Positions 27,500 through 40,851 of a DNA stretch of 64,000 bases are shown here, piece by piece. The translations under genes and the position numbers were made by a program. How positions within the stretch are numbered: position 1 is the stretch's first letter; each line of letters begins with the position of its first letter. Source of the DNA: Octopus sinensis (lineage: Eukaryota). Location: positions 5,270,001-5,334,000 of the forward strand of contig NC_043003.1 in the NCBI RefSeq assembly GCF_006345805.1, written 5' to 3'. The notes beneath the pieces are model-generated. The model was not told the DNA's origin, made no database searches, and saw only the letters and a program-made list of their open reading frames with translations.

Positions 27500-29304
27500 T
27501 CATATGTTCGGATGGTTGAGTCTGGGTTTGTACTTTTTCAATGAAGAATGTTTCCTTGTTAGTCTCATTTGTGTTGATGATCCGAAAGCACATTGGTAAA
27601 ATGGGAAGATTAAAAATTGTGGCAGTATTTGCTTTGCGCATTTCTCAATGTGCTCACTAAAAGGTATCATTCTATATTCTGGGAATGCAATCTGTTGTCG
27701 ATGCAGTGTGGGCATCTACGCCTGAGTGATATCCCGTGAACCCACGTAGTCTTGGTGGCAGCCCGAGCATTTAATAACATAAATTATGTTTTCAGAGGCA
27801 CAAGTAAAGTTAGATTTGATCTTGAATTTCTGTCCTCTTTAAAGAAGAATTCTGATCCTCCAATAGGTTAGGACATGTTGCACAGTTCGATCTACCACAT
27901 TTTTTTTACTTTTGCATCCGTAATTTTAGAAGACAATTTTGCCTTTGTGAGAAGCTTTTTAAGTGATTTGGCTGTTTGTAGCTTTTAATGATTTGGTGTA
28001 TGTTTAGAATTTCCTTTAATTTGGGGTTTTTTATGAAGTATTGGTAAATTCTGGGTGATGATTGTGAAGGCTTCTTTGTTTCGGGGGTTGTATGTAGATA
28101 TGTAAGGCAGTATTTTCGCGGAAGGTGTGTTGTTGTGTTGAACTTTTCTTAAAGTTTCTATGTTGATTTCTGTTGCACACGTCTGATCCCATCCTCTATG
28201 AGTTGAGCTGGGTAATGTCTATCAATTAGGTGTTTTTGAGTTCTTGCAGTCTAAAGTTCCTGGTATTTTGTTCTGACACTATTGTGCATATCCTTCTTGC
28301 AAGGTTGAAGGGGATGTTGTTTTAGTGTGTCTTGGGTGGCATGAATTAAAAAGAAGGTATTGTTTGGCGTCTGTGCTTTGTAAAAAATTTCTGTTTCTAT
28401 TTTAAGGTTAATTTTTTTAATTAGTATATCCAAGAACGGGAGCTCCTTTTGGTTGTATTCCATTGTGAACTGTATATTGGGGTTTATGCTGTTCAATAGG
28501 TTTTTTAATTTTAGGAGTTTATCTATGTTTTCATTCCAGAGAATGAAACAATCGTCTAGGAATCGTTTCCATTCTCTTTTATGTATTGAGAGAGGAGTTT
28601 TCCAAAGATTGATAGAGATTCCTGGTAAATGATTATTTCCATGTATCCCATTGTTAAGTTCGCAATGACTGGTGCTGCCCTTGTACCCATAGCAATTCCG
28701 GATTTTTGACGGTAAAATGTATTGTCAAACATGAAGTGGTTATTGTGTAGGATGAATTCAATTGATTTGGTAATGAATTCCTTACTGATCCTTTTTGGTA
28801 TTTCTTCCGGAAATTGGTCTAACCAGAATTGTATTGCCTCCAGTCCATAATTATGAGGTATACTGGTATACAAGTTGACTACATCAAATGAAACCAGGAT
28901 TGTTTCTTCCTTGGTTTTTTTTGGAAGGTGGTTTAACATATCTAAGTCATCTCTGATATGGCTATCGATATGTTTAAGGAAGGGTTTCAGAGGATGTCCA
29001 TAAGTAGACTTAGTCTGTGTGTTTCACAGGTTGGGCCAGCTACAATGGGTCGTAGTTTTAGGTCCCCCGGATTAGGTGTGTGTATGTATGTCTTGGTGAT
29101 TTTTTAATGGTTTCATTTATAATTTGACTTTTATGAATTTTTGGCAGACCATAGAAAAGGCTAGGTTTGCATTTAAAGTTTGTTAGGAAATCAATCTCTT
29201 TGGTTGTCAGTTCCTTTTCATGGGTTTTAATTAGTGAAGATAGAGTTTTCATTATTTTTTGTGGGGTGGTAGTTGGTAATTTTTTCATAATGTAGGTCTT
29301 CATC
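27500..29304 (-). pseudogene. PLE reverse transcriptase plus C-terminal GIY-YIG endonuclease, frameshifted
   Basis: FYGLPKIHKS, LRPIVAGP, LVSFDVVNLYTSIP, QKSGIAMGTRAAPVIANL, KRFLDDCF (DD at 28551-28556), KKCGRSNCATC, NIIYVIKCSGCHQDYVGSTG. Confidence 0.92.
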
Positions 29305-29956
29305 AAGCTACAAACAGCCTAAATCACTTAAAAAGATTCTCACAAGGCAAAATTGTCTTCTAAAATTACGGATGCAAAAGTAAAAAAATGTGGTAGATCG
29401 AACTGTGCCACATGTCCTAACCTATTGGAAGGATCAGAATTCTTCTTAAAGAGGGACAGAAATTAAGATCAAATCTAACTTTACTTGTGCCTCTGAAAAC
29501 ATAATTTATGTTATTAAATGCTCGGGCTGCCACCAAGACTACGTGGGTTCCACGGGACTATCACTCAGGCGCAGATGCACACTGCATCGACAACAGATTG
29601 CATTCCCAGAATATAGAATGATACCTTTTAGTGTGAGCACATTGAGAAATGCGCAAAGCAACTACTGCCACAATTTTTAATCTTCCCTTTTACCAATGTG
29701 CTTTCGGATCATCAACACAAATGAGACTGAACAAGGAAACATTCTTCATTGAAAAGTACAAACCCAGACTCAACCATCCGAACATACTGACACAGAGAAA
29801 TTAACAAGGAAATGGGAAAAAAAAAAAAAAAAAAAAAAATTTTGTAAGCGATTATCTCCCCTACACCGGAAAAAATCACTCACTACCTCCCCTTATTTAG
29901 AAATCTCCTGGAAATAAAAACAACGATAATTCCATACAATATAAACATAACGTCAC

Positions 29957-29996
29957 AAGAAATTTGAAAAGCTACACGCGAAACCGGTAATTTCTT
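29957..29996 (+). ncRNA. PLE terminal minimal hammerhead, U3:A8 variant (right arm)
   Basis: aagaaat TTGAAAA gc-tacac-gc GAA ACCGGT A atttctt; predicted cleavage after 29989. Confidence 0.75.
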
Positions 29997-30141
29997 TTAA
30001 AATTTTTAAATTGTGTCATTTTAAGGAAAGGAAAAAATTTTTCCAATATTCTCCAGACTTTTGACACAAATATATATATTTTATAACATTTAAGCCTTCT
30101 GTCGTTTTTTCACACTTTACTATTTTCTTATATATATATAA

Positions 30142-30190
<49 letters not shown>

Positions 30191-30194
30191 GATA

Positions 30195-30526
30195 AATATT
30201 AGGAATGAATCCAAATTACAGGGAAAATCAGATTTAGGGTTAAATCCATTTTATAGTAAAATATTATATAATATAATTTCGAGACAAAACCACTATTTTA
30301 AAACCAAACAAGGAAAGACTTAATCAATACATAAAATTTTAATGTAAATTAAATAAAACCGCCACTACAAATGTTTCATGTCTGCTACCGACAATCTTCA
30401 GGTGGATTTTCGATCTTCTAATCAGTATCAAATTTTGAAGTGAATTATATTAAAATTTTATGTATTGATTAAGTCTTTCCTTGTTTGGTTTTAAAATGGT
30501 GGTTTTGTCTCGAATTATATTATATA
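30195..30526 (-). mobile_element. Fold-back mini-element with hammerhead (family A)
   Basis: Inverted arms ~30265-30343 and 30449-30526 around an HHR; 3' part homologous to 44208-44400; (TA)n on both sides. Confidence 0.8.
30362..30405 (-). ncRNA. Minimal type I hammerhead ribozyme, canonical core
   Basis: ccac CTGAAGA t tgtc-ggtagca-gaca t GAAAC attt GTA gtgg: complete core, 4-bp stems I and II. Confidence 0.8.
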
Positions 30527-30542
30527 TATATATATATATATA

Positions 30543-30775
30543 GTAACAATCAGCAAAATTATCACAAAAACCGTTACTGAGAGTTCCACGTTCTCGTTCC
30601 TTGGACAGTTTTGTTTAGAATGGAGCAAGATGAAGTTATACGTATATATAACTCTGAGTAACAGCTTTCGTGATATTTTTGCTGCTTTTTAATATAGCAT
30701 ATTACTCTACCTCTCGTATTCGAGTACTATTTTTTCCACCTTGTTTCGCGTTTATGTGTCTACTGTGGTATATAT
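30543..30775. mobile_element. Fold-back mini-element with degenerate hammerhead (family D)
   Basis: Arms 30551-30585 and 30650-30684 (30/35); minus-strand HHR 30571-30608 ctgt CCAAGGA acg-agaa-cgt GGAAC tctca GTA acgg; tail shared with 57660-57765. Confidence 0.6.
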
Positions 30776-30947
30776 ATTTATATATGTATCTGTCTATCAA
30801 TGACCTTGCTCTACCCCTTGCTTCATGAATATATTAGGGAAGCATAGCAGTATGGTTACAATACTAGCTTTGCAGCAGCGAGATTGTTGGTTCAAATCAA
30901 TTCAGTGACGCATTCGGGCCGCAGAATGTGTTATATATATTCTTTTA

Positions 30948-31310
30948 TTCTTTTACGTGTTTCAGTTATTTGATTGTGGCCATGCTGGAGCACCGCCTTT
31001 AGCCGAACGAATCGACCCCAAGACTTATTCTTTGTAGGCCTAGTAATTTTATCGTCTCTTTTTCTGACCCGCTAAGTTACGGGTACATAAACACACCAAC
31101 ATCGGTCATCATGCGATGGTTCAGGGACAAACACAAACATGTATATACCCACGACGGTCTTTTTTCAGTTGCTGCCTACCAGATCCACTCACAAGGCTTT
31201 GGTCGGCCCGAGGCTATAGTAGAAGAGACTTTCGCAAGGTGCCACGCAATGGGACATAACCTGGAACCATGATGTTGGGGAGCATTCTCCTTACCACACA
31301 GCCACTCCTG
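30948..31310 (-). mobile_element. SINE S1
   Basis: Reverse complement of the S1 head and tail. Confidence 0.88.
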
Positions 31311-31315
31311 CGTCT

Positions 31316-31356
<41 letters not shown>

Positions 31357-31511
31357 CATCGTGTGTGTGCGTACACACGCACAGAGATGGATAGGCAGAC
31401 TACGACGGATAAACAGAGCGAAATTGAAAACTATCAACCTCCATTCTTCCGGTAGTTTGTTCTTGGGCAGATCTTATGAAAGGGAACTTTCTTCAGCGCT
31501 CTCTATGTGAC

Positions 31512-31700
31512 CTGGGAGGAGCGTGGTCTATTCGTCAGTATGTTGCACTGACGATTGCTAGACCGTGGGTTCAATTCCTTGACCGGGCGGCACGTCGTGT
31601 TCTTGAAGAAAATACTTCATTTCACATTGGTCTGCCGGTGGGAGAGTGGCGGAACTGTCAACCCTTCTGCAGAGATGCTTTACGGCATATCTCGCAGCTT
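31512..31700 (+). mobile_element. Diverged tRNA-derived SINE, head B type
   Basis: gcgtggtcta...gggttcaattccttgaccgggcggcacgtcgtgttcttgaagaaaatacttcatttcacattg. Confidence 0.6.
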
Positions 31701-32072
31701 TGTATATTATTGTTTTAAATCTCTTCTGCCCGGAGAAGGCAACGAGAAACCACGCCATTGTCTATCCCATGTGTAGTTACGGTAGCGAAAAATCCAGTAA
31801 TTTATTCTTCAGCGGCAGGGGCGGATATGCATCAACCGTTAGAAAAATATTTAAAGAAATGCATTGAAATGTAGAATATTGTATTGTGGTTTATTCAGAT
31901 AATATATAGACGAAGGTGTAAAAAAATAAATATTGCAAACAAGAATATTTATGTCTCTACTCCATCTGTTTTAAGTCTGTAATGCTGTATATATCTGCGA
32001 GCTAGTTATACGTATACTTGTGTTTGCAGATGTAGTGGCATTGAAAAATACCTCTTAAATATGTGTGTCTAT

Positions 32073-32104
<32 letters not shown>

Positions 32105-32230
32105 TTGTGTGTATTTAGAGTTCACTTAATTACCTGAGGGATATATAGCAGAACACCAGCTGCCTCTACAAGAATCTCTTTAAAGAGACTCTACTGCCTA
32201 GCTAACATGATCGGCAGTAATATTTGTCAG

Positions 32231-32321
32231 GAAACAGTTAATCCTTGCCGTACACACATAAACATACAGCCAGCAGCATCAGACCAGGCTTGTAGACATA
32301 ATAACAAACATCGGGACTCAG
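32231..32321 (+). CDS. Candidate exon (phase 0-1, 91 nt)
   Basis: gctaac...atttgtcag| ETVNPCRTHINIQPAASDQACRHNNKHRDS(G) |gtaaga; one open frame; no homology recognised. Confidence 0.25.
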
Positions 32322-33138
32322 GTAAGAATCCATGCAATATTTATGTCGTCCTCAGGTTTATTTTCTCTTACTTTATCAGTATCAAAAAAAAATTATTAAA
32401 TTAAAAGAAAATATTTTATAATCATTGATATCAATATTGTTATTATTTTTTATTATTGATATTATTATTATTGATATTGGTATTGTTATTATTAATATAA
32501 TTATTATTACTAAATATATTATTATCACTGTAGTTATTTTGCTGCTTTTATCGTTGTAATTTCGCAAGAAACAATATTCGGTTGGTTCTTATTGAACAGA
32601 ATTTATCGAACTTTTATAATTGGTTTCAGTATTGCTGTTCCAGTCTATTTATTACATGTATCATATATGTCCATTTGTGTGTGTGTGTGTGTGTGTGGAG
32701 GGGTGTGTTTATCTGTGTGTGTGTATGTGCGTCGGTGTGTGTGAGTCGGCGTATTTTATACGGAACTATTACAATGTGTGGTTGTGTTTTCCAATGGCCT
32801 GCAGATTGCTTATTTGGTTATTCTATAGAATTAGACTTACAAGATTTGATGTAAAAAAACACCTTGTAAGTATTCTCAAATGTACCTATGTACGTATGTA
32901 TACACAATTATGCATGAAGGTGTATGTGTGTCTATGTACGCTTAGTCAAGGTTTGAGATACAAGGATACTCCATGTAGAAAAAAACATCAGTAGCACTCC
33001 GACATCGTTATCGCGGATTAAGTCTGAGGAGTAAAGACAGGCTATAAGAGGAATATAGGTGAGCAGATATGGCGATAATGATTCAGTTGAACAAATAAAA
33101 CCGTTTGGGCTATATATAACACAGACACACGCAAACAT

Positions 33139-33180
<42 letters not shown>

Positions 33181-33365
33181 GTAAAGGGAGAGAAAACAAA
33201 GACTGAAAATACACAGACGATGAATATCCATTTATAAATGTATAGATATTTGTATACCAACAGAATAAACTTACAATGAAGACAAAGACACAGAACACAA
33301 AGGGGAGAGGGTATTGTATTACAGGTCCAACAGCTGTTTCTAGGGGCTCGGAATTGCTTCAAAAT
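33181..33365 (-). mobile_element. PLE-type terminal fragment with degenerate hammerhead (ACAGCTGT family)
   Basis: Minus strand TTGAAGCA...cccta GAAACAGCTGT T ggacc, then a T-rich tail abutting (TA)n at 33180. Confidence 0.5.
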
Positions 33366-33966
33366 TTTGGCAGAAAACTTAGAAAATGAAGATTACATGA
33401 TATCTTGTAAGTATACACACTCACTCACACACACAGGTGTATATTTATAAATTCTAATCTTTCCATAAGTATGCAAGTCCATTGGCTACTGGCGATAAAT
33501 CGGATAGGTGTCGTGCCGGTAACGCCTATTGAGACAAAAGTATGGGCGACATTTGTCCTCTTATCTCCACACTACAATCTCATTCTTTTATTTAATAGTA
33601 TGTTAAATTTAGAGTTATCTTGATTCTTGTGACTATCTTCCTCCTCCTGGGGAGCAGGTTTCAATTGCCATTCGAAAATTATTACGTCTCCTGTAAATGC
33701 AGCGGTGACGATTTTCATAAATGAAGAATTTATGATGTAAATTATTTGATATATCTGTATTCACACATACACGCGCGCGCGCACGCACATGATGAAAATT
33801 TTGAGTCATGTTGGAGTGTTTAGGAAATTCGAACTGTAATCTTGAGGTTTCAAAATCTAAAGTCACTGAGATTTCAAAATCTCCGCTCACTGATGGAATG
33901 ACCAGTGAGTGGTGGGAGATCTGACCTGCGTGAACAGACGCACAACCGGAATGTTGTTAAAGTATC

Positions 33967-34017
<51 letters not shown>

Positions 34018-34150
34018 AATAAGAAAATGGAGAAACAAATTTAGTTTGTTCATCAACTTACGGATATTATGTTGGATTATTTATTCATTTTACAAATGAG
34101 AACATCAAAAGCATGCTACACCCATAACCTCTATCTTACTTTGTACTAAT

Positions 34151-34244
<94 letters not shown>

Positions 34245-34781
34245 GATGAGAAGTAAAGAGACAGTGAAAACTAGATTGATTAATTCTAGGAAAAAGAAAT
34301 GGAAAGTTTTGGTATAATTTTTTTTTCTCTATTACTTACGTTTCTTTACTAGTAGGAGTTAAACAGGTGGGAAACACTAGAAATCTGGCATTAGTAATTT
34401 ATCAGAGAATTAAAGTAATACAATCTTACAATCGTTTGTGTATATGCGTGTGTGAATATGTTTAACTTTTATCTCAAACACACATAGAATCTTATCTTAA
34501 TTTATACATACTAGTTCTGTTTCTCTTTACTTCCCTCTAACAATGACACCTGATTCATATTTAATAGATATACATATACGCACACACATTTATATCCATA
34601 CATAAATATATATATACATACATACATACACACACACATAAGCTTTTATATAAGGAAAATATGGTTTTTAATTACATATATATATATCTACACACATATA
34701 TATACACCTATATATATGCATATACACCTATATACATACATATAATATATATATATATGACTTAATTTTTACTCTCACACC

Positions 34782-34833
34782 GTCTCCGATGCAGGGATAT
34801 TATTAATTAATATCCTAGAAACAGCTGTAAGAC
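34782..34833 (+). ncRNA. Minimal hammerhead motif, variant core, in a (TA)n-flanked ~150-bp insert
   Basis: gtct CCGATGC ag ggatatta-ttaat-taatatcc ta GAA ACAGCTGT A agac: 4-bp stem I, 8-bp stem II, 8-nt palindromic stem III. Confidence 0.6.
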
Positions 34834-35269
34834 CTATCTATAAATGCTCTAATATCTATACAGGCTTGGTTTTTTATCTCATTACGCAAAAAATTCTTAT
34901 ATGCATATATATACACATACATATATATACATATTTATGTATATATATACATATATAAGCTTGTATTATTGTAATTTTCTATCTGATAAATAACTAAGCC
35001 GAAATTAACGTCTTTCCAGGTGTACACCGATGGTATACACACGGTAAAGAATCATGCGTAATACAGAATAAATAATAACAAATAACAAAACTTTTTTCAG
35101 CTTTGTGTTTTGATATGTAATTAATTACTCGGCAATAAATACTTTCCAGCATTTCGCGTATTCTTCTATATTTTTTCAACTCTCCTATGGATCATAACAA
35201 CGACGGATCTGCTTCGGAGAACTGGAATACGCAAACGTGGTACATGAGGACGCAGCTTAGATGGTAATT

Positions 35270-35400
<131 letters not shown>

Positions 35401-36984
35401 TTGACAGAGATATTCAGCCATATATAGCTGTTATCAATCTTATAGCTAATGCTAGCCTTCGAGAATCTATGTTTTTGGTTGTCGAAATTTTGCTCGGGGA
35501 AACTCTGTATAAAGTATTCTCTCATTGATTTCATGACAAATCTTAAAATGAATATATTCTAATGAAATAGGTTTTGGTAAAGACGACGATGGTGGTGATG
35601 GTGGTTGTTGTTGTTGGTGGTGGTGGTGGTGATGGTAGTGATGGAGGCGGTGGCGGCGATGATGATGATGATGATTGTGATTTCAATGCCTCAGCGCATT
35701 CTTCTGTCGTTTTACCATTTGGGGTTAGACATCTCCGGCAATACCAGCAGCAACGAAAAGAGGCTAAAACAATATCACAACATCAAAGAGAATAATTATG
35801 AAGATGATGATGATGATGGTGATGATTTCGAAAATGGCAGACAATACACTTCTACAGAACACAAGAACTATCAAAAAAAATAGTTCCAACTTGAAGTCTT
35901 TATGAATACAAATGATGGTGATGATCCTAGGGACAACTGAACAAATAAATACATATTGATAGAAATGTATGTATGTATATATACATACATACATATATAT
36001 ACACACACACACACACACAAACACGCGCACATTATATCAGCCATACAAAACAAGTTCAAATGTATTCTGGCGTAGAAAGAGACAATACTCCGCAGAAGTT
36101 TTTTCGAGAGAGAAAATTCCCCTGATAGATAATATGGTTCCAATCACACCTCTAGCCCATCAATGATATACCGGAACCGTAGTGCGTACGGTTTTCATTA
36201 CTGAGACAACTTGTGCAGAGTATGGTCTTTCCATGTCCGAGTGTAAGAGAACAGACTAAATATGAGTGTATACATCTATTTACCCATCGTGTGTGCCATT
36301 AATGTATTTATTAAAGAGTGACAAAGCTTTCAACCATCAGCAAACGAAAGATTGGCTATTTTAGTATTAGAATGACCACCCTTTCAGTCCCAAGAACGGT
36401 GGTATGTTCCTGCTGAGAATATCTAGGAAAGAATTATTTTCTATATTTTGTGCAGGGCCTACAATATTCACCCTATCTCGTCACTTGGCAATTGTAGACA
36501 TAGAGAGAAATAGCAGAGATATCTTTCGTAAATCACACAATAGGGTCTTAAATTCAGACCGCAACATTCCATAATAGACTCCCTAATGAACAGAGAATGG
36601 TCACAGCTAGAAAGCTTTCCAACATATTACAATTACGTCATGCTCATCTGGGTCTTAATAACAGCAAAAATATAAAGGGAAAAGCGGTCGCCTGATCGTG
36701 GATCAGTGCTGTCTGAGAGTGAAATGCTGTTGATAGTTACATCAGTGGAAGAGGCTCTCACCACCATTTACCATAACACTATTACATGATGCAGTAAAAT
36801 ATAACGGAGTTATAGATAATATGGCCGATGTCCAGAGACTATCAATCACATTGTTTATGGTCGAGCAGAAGAAAACAAACAACGAAATGTGGAAACATAA
36901 TATATACAATCGTAACAGGTTTCAGAGTTTATAATTCAATAACAATAATGATAATAATATTAATAATAATAATAATGATATAAC

Positions 36985-37029
<45 letters not shown>

Positions 37030-37323
37030 TTAGGCACAAGGCCAACGATTATGACAGAAATGGGTAAGTCGAAGCCATCACCCCTGGTATTTGACTGGAA
37101 ATCGATAAGTCGCTTGATGCTGCTTCAAATATGATCATCGAGTGTGTGTATATGTGTGAGGGGGGGGGGTCAGAGAGAGAGAGGAAAAGAAAGAGCATTA
37201 TAAAGAAAAACATAAAAGTTTCACATGGTGAGACAAGAAGACGTAGCATCTTGGGATACAAACGACTCTGTATAACGGAAACGAGGAAATGAGACAGAAA
37301 CAGCTGTAATTTGTTGGGTGAAT

Positions 37324-37717
37324 GCAGGAGTAGCTGTGTGGTAAGTAGCTTGCTAACCAACCACATAGTTCCGGGTTCAGTCCCACTGCGTGGCATCTTG
37401 GGCAAGTGTCTTCTGCTATAGCCACGGGCCGACCAAAGCCTTGTGAGTGGATTTGGTAGACAGAAACTGAAAGAAGCCTGTCGTATATATATGTATATAT
37501 ATATAAGTGTGTGTGTGTGTGTTTGTGTGTCTGTCCCTCTAGCATTGCTTGACAACCGATGCTGGTGTGTTTACGTCCCCGTCACTTAGCGGTTCGGCAA
37601 AAGAGACCGATAGAATAAGTACTGGGCTTACAAAGAATAAGTCCCGGGGTCGAGTTGCTCGACTAAAGGCGGTGCTCCAGCATGGCCGCAGTCAAATGAC
37701 TAAAACAAGTAAAAGAG
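37324..37717 (+). mobile_element. SINE S1, best-preserved full-length copy
   Basis: tRNA-like head with B box ggttcagtccc, internal (TA)(TG) tract, tail aaaggcggtgctccagcatggccgcagtcaaatgactaaaacaagtaaaaga. Confidence 0.95.
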
Positions 37718-38101
37718 TAAAGAGAGAGTATATACACAAATATACATACATAGAACAAAGTTCAAACGCATAAACATACATTGTTCATATATGAGCGCGC
37801 GCACACACACACACAAACACACACACAACACACACACACATATGAATGAGTACGCACAAATACAGCAAATGTTTATTATCTGAACTTCTTTCAGAATTGT
37901 ATGTAGATACTCTGGGTTTCCTGATAGCATAATAGATGAGCCATTATTCGTACAATAGGTGATAGGTTTCGCTTTAAGTTAAGCCATTTTAGGGATAAAC
38001 GCTTAAGAAAATGGCTACCGGAAACAACGTTGTGATTGGTTGTTAGATTTAAATCTCCAATGAGGTTCATACATCCATGAAATTCATACAATTTTTCTAA
38101 C

Positions 38102-38161
38102 CTGAATTTCTGAGAGGTTCTAATCACTTCTTTCCCGATGTGGTTTCCTCCAAAATCATTT
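38102..38161 (-). CDS. Candidate exon (phase 2-2, 60 nt)
   Basis: ttttgtattttttattggttag| (R)NDFGGNHIGKEVIRTSQKF(R) |gttaga; the other two frames are closed. Confidence 0.3.
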
Positions 38162-38376
38162 CTAACCAATAAAAAATACAAAATTAAACCATGAGTCCTC
38201 AGTGTCCTAGATATGAGACTGATTCTTCATGCTGATGCTATTCATGCAATCATTAAAGGCTAAAGGAAAGAACTGATGTAAGAGATGAAGAAAGAAAGTC
38301 AACAGACATCTATCAGTTCAGTATCGATATATTAGGGACTGAATCATTAATCATTCAATAGTCTGCTAGTCTTAAA

Positions 38377-38774
38377 GGTGTGCGCTGGCAGAAACGTTAG
38401 CACGCCGGGCGAAATGCTTAGCAGTATTTCGTCTGCCGTTACGCTCTGAGTTCAAATTCCGCCGAGGTCGACTTTGCCTTTCATCCTTTCGGGGTCGATT
38501 AAATAAGTACCAGTTACGCACTGGGATCGATCTAAACGACTTAATTCCTTTGTCTGTCCTTTTTTGTCCTCTCTGTGTTTAGCCCCTTGTGGGTAGTAAA
38601 GAAATAGGTATTTCCTCTTTCCTTACCTTCTGATTCCAAACTCCGCCAAGGTCGATTTTCCCTTTCATTCTTCGGGGTCAATAAATTAAGTATCAGCTGT
38701 CTAATGTGGTCGGTCTAATCGACTGGACCCCCTCCCCCAAATTTCGGGCCTTGTGCCAAGAGCAGAAAAGAATA
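38377..38774 (+). mobile_element. Dimeric SINE S2
   Basis: Same two-monomer layout and junction (gtagtaaagaaataggtatt) as 11455-11855. Confidence 0.9.
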
Positions 38775-39082
38775 AGCTGCAAGTCTTCTTAGCTATGTTT
38801 TTGCTGCATTCTATTGTTTATGCTAATTGTGGTGGGGTAACCCACGACACATACATTATCAATCCAACAACGAATATATGTTCCTTCCAGACTAAAAATG
38901 CGTTGCCGTCTGCAATATCGATTGCTTTCAAGCTGATATTAGCAGATTCAGTCAAAAGGCAAGTTGAACAAACCAAAGTCCGTATTTTAATAGTGGTTAA
39001 AATATTTTCGTTAAACGTACAATGTGCTCGCCAAGAATGCTGACCCTTGGACACAATGATAATACTCCCTATATGTGCCCAC

Positions 39083-39149
<67 letters not shown>

Positions 39150-39302
39150 CACTCACGGAGTGGTTGGCGTTAGGAAGGGCATCAAGCTGTAGAAACACTG
39201 CCAGATCAGACTGGAGCCTGGTGCAGCCTGCTGCCTTCCCAGACCCCCGTCGAACCGTCCAACCCATGCTAGCATGGAAAGCAGACGTTAAACGATGATG
39301 AT
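39150..39302 (+). mobile_element. 3' portion of a further SINE family with (GAT)n tail
   Basis: ggttggcgttaggaagggcatc..gtagaaac...ccaacccatgctagcatggaaagcagacgttaaacgatgatgatg. Confidence 0.65.
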
Positions 39303-39702
39303 GATATATATATATATATATATATATAAGTACATATATCTGTACACATAGACAAACACATATGTACATACATATATCTGTACATATACAGGACTGAATA
39401 TATATATATATAATATATATATATATTATATATATATATATATACAGATATAGTTCTGTATTCATACGAGCATACAATAGATCAAATGATGAATGTATTT
39501 TGCAACTATATTAATCTTATCCAGATTAATGTTTTAGGCAAGAAAACAGTGACTTTATCGTAAAAAAAAAAACAGTTTTTATCACAGAAGACTCCTGTAC
39601 ACACACATAAACAAAAAACACAGAGACACACACACACATACATACATACATACATACACAGGTCTAGTTTGATACACAGATGAAAGCATACATGTGCCTA
39701 CG

Positions 39703-39758
<56 letters not shown>

Positions 39759-39805
39759 TATATATATAAAAACACGCATGAATATACAAGTATATACATA
39801 TGTAT

Positions 39806-39840
<35 letters not shown>

Positions 39841-40104
39841 CTGATGGATACACATCATGCGTATATTCTGAACACTATCGCAAACGCATAGCTGTGTTCA
39901 AAAATTCAGCCATACACATACTTAAAAGCCAGTCTTATACACATACACTCAATCAAACACCTACACATATATATATATAAAATATACACACACAGCAAAA
40001 AAGTAAATACATGCCTGTTCTTAGATACAGTCGGTGGCGAATATCTAACGAATGTCGTGAAACATCTTTACAACACTGCTTCTTAGAAAAAAAAACCGCA
40101 GTAC

Positions 40105-40158
<54 letters not shown>

Positions 40159-40469
40159 CAGTAATTGTAGTACAATGAAACAGTGAAATTAATTGTACTC
40201 TAGATGAAATTGAGAATAAAAAGAGAAAGGAACTAGAAAGGGCCGAAGGGAGGGGAAGTGATGAAAGAAAGGATGAGAGGAAAATATTAATCTTCCTTTA
40301 ATCTCCACTTCTTTATCTTTTTCATCTTTCAGCAGTTTTATTGTCTTTCTTCTTCAGGTAGAAAACATGGGAATATCACCGACGGAGAGTGGCTATGTGT
40401 GCGGATTCTGCTGTATATCTATGCATGTATGTGTGTCAGTACAATAGAATTGTATGCTATACTAGGAAT

Positions 40470-40781
40470 AGCACCGTGATCACCGTGACCGACCAGGCTA
40501 TCAGATGTTGCTACACATCGCTGGTCACAATGCGCTTCGCATTGTTTTAGCCTTCGAATGACGCCACCCCGCTGGCTAAGTGAGCAGGCCAACAGAAGAA
40601 AGAGTGAGAGAAAGTTGTAGCGAAAGAGTACAGCAGAGACCGCCACCACCCTCCTGCCGGAGCCTCGTGGAGCTTTAGGTGTTTTCGCTCAATAAACACT
40701 CACAATGCCCGGTCTGGGAATCGAAACCGCGATCCTACGACCGCGAGTCCGCTGCCCTAACCACTGGGCCATTGCGCCTCC
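40470..40781 (-). mobile_element. tRNA-derived SINE, head A plus a different tail (Y)
   Basis: Head and middle nearly identical to 19620-19798, then diverges into ttggcctgctcacttagccagcggggtgg. Confidence 0.85.
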
Positions 40782-40851
40782 ACTAGGAATATATACACGC
40801 CAAATTATGGTGCATAAACACATATGTGCATAGATATATTTATATACATAC

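Larger units (their letters stand above)
27124..30134 (-). mobile_element. Penelope-like element, 5'-truncated, with ~830-bp inverted duplication of its 3' end
   Basis: Arms 27158-27984 and 29305-30134 are reverse complements differing mainly by 1-nt indels; the 1.3-kb spacer encodes RT; (TA)n flanks both ends. Confidence 0.95.

Noticed and set aside
33879-33920. 42-nt GC-rich hairpin (ccgctcactg/cagtgagtgg)
   Set aside because: Too short and isolated to distinguish from chance.
35130-35175. TTGAAAA...cgc GAAA tgc on the minus strand
   Set aside because: No stems I/III; such words are common in AT-rich DNA.
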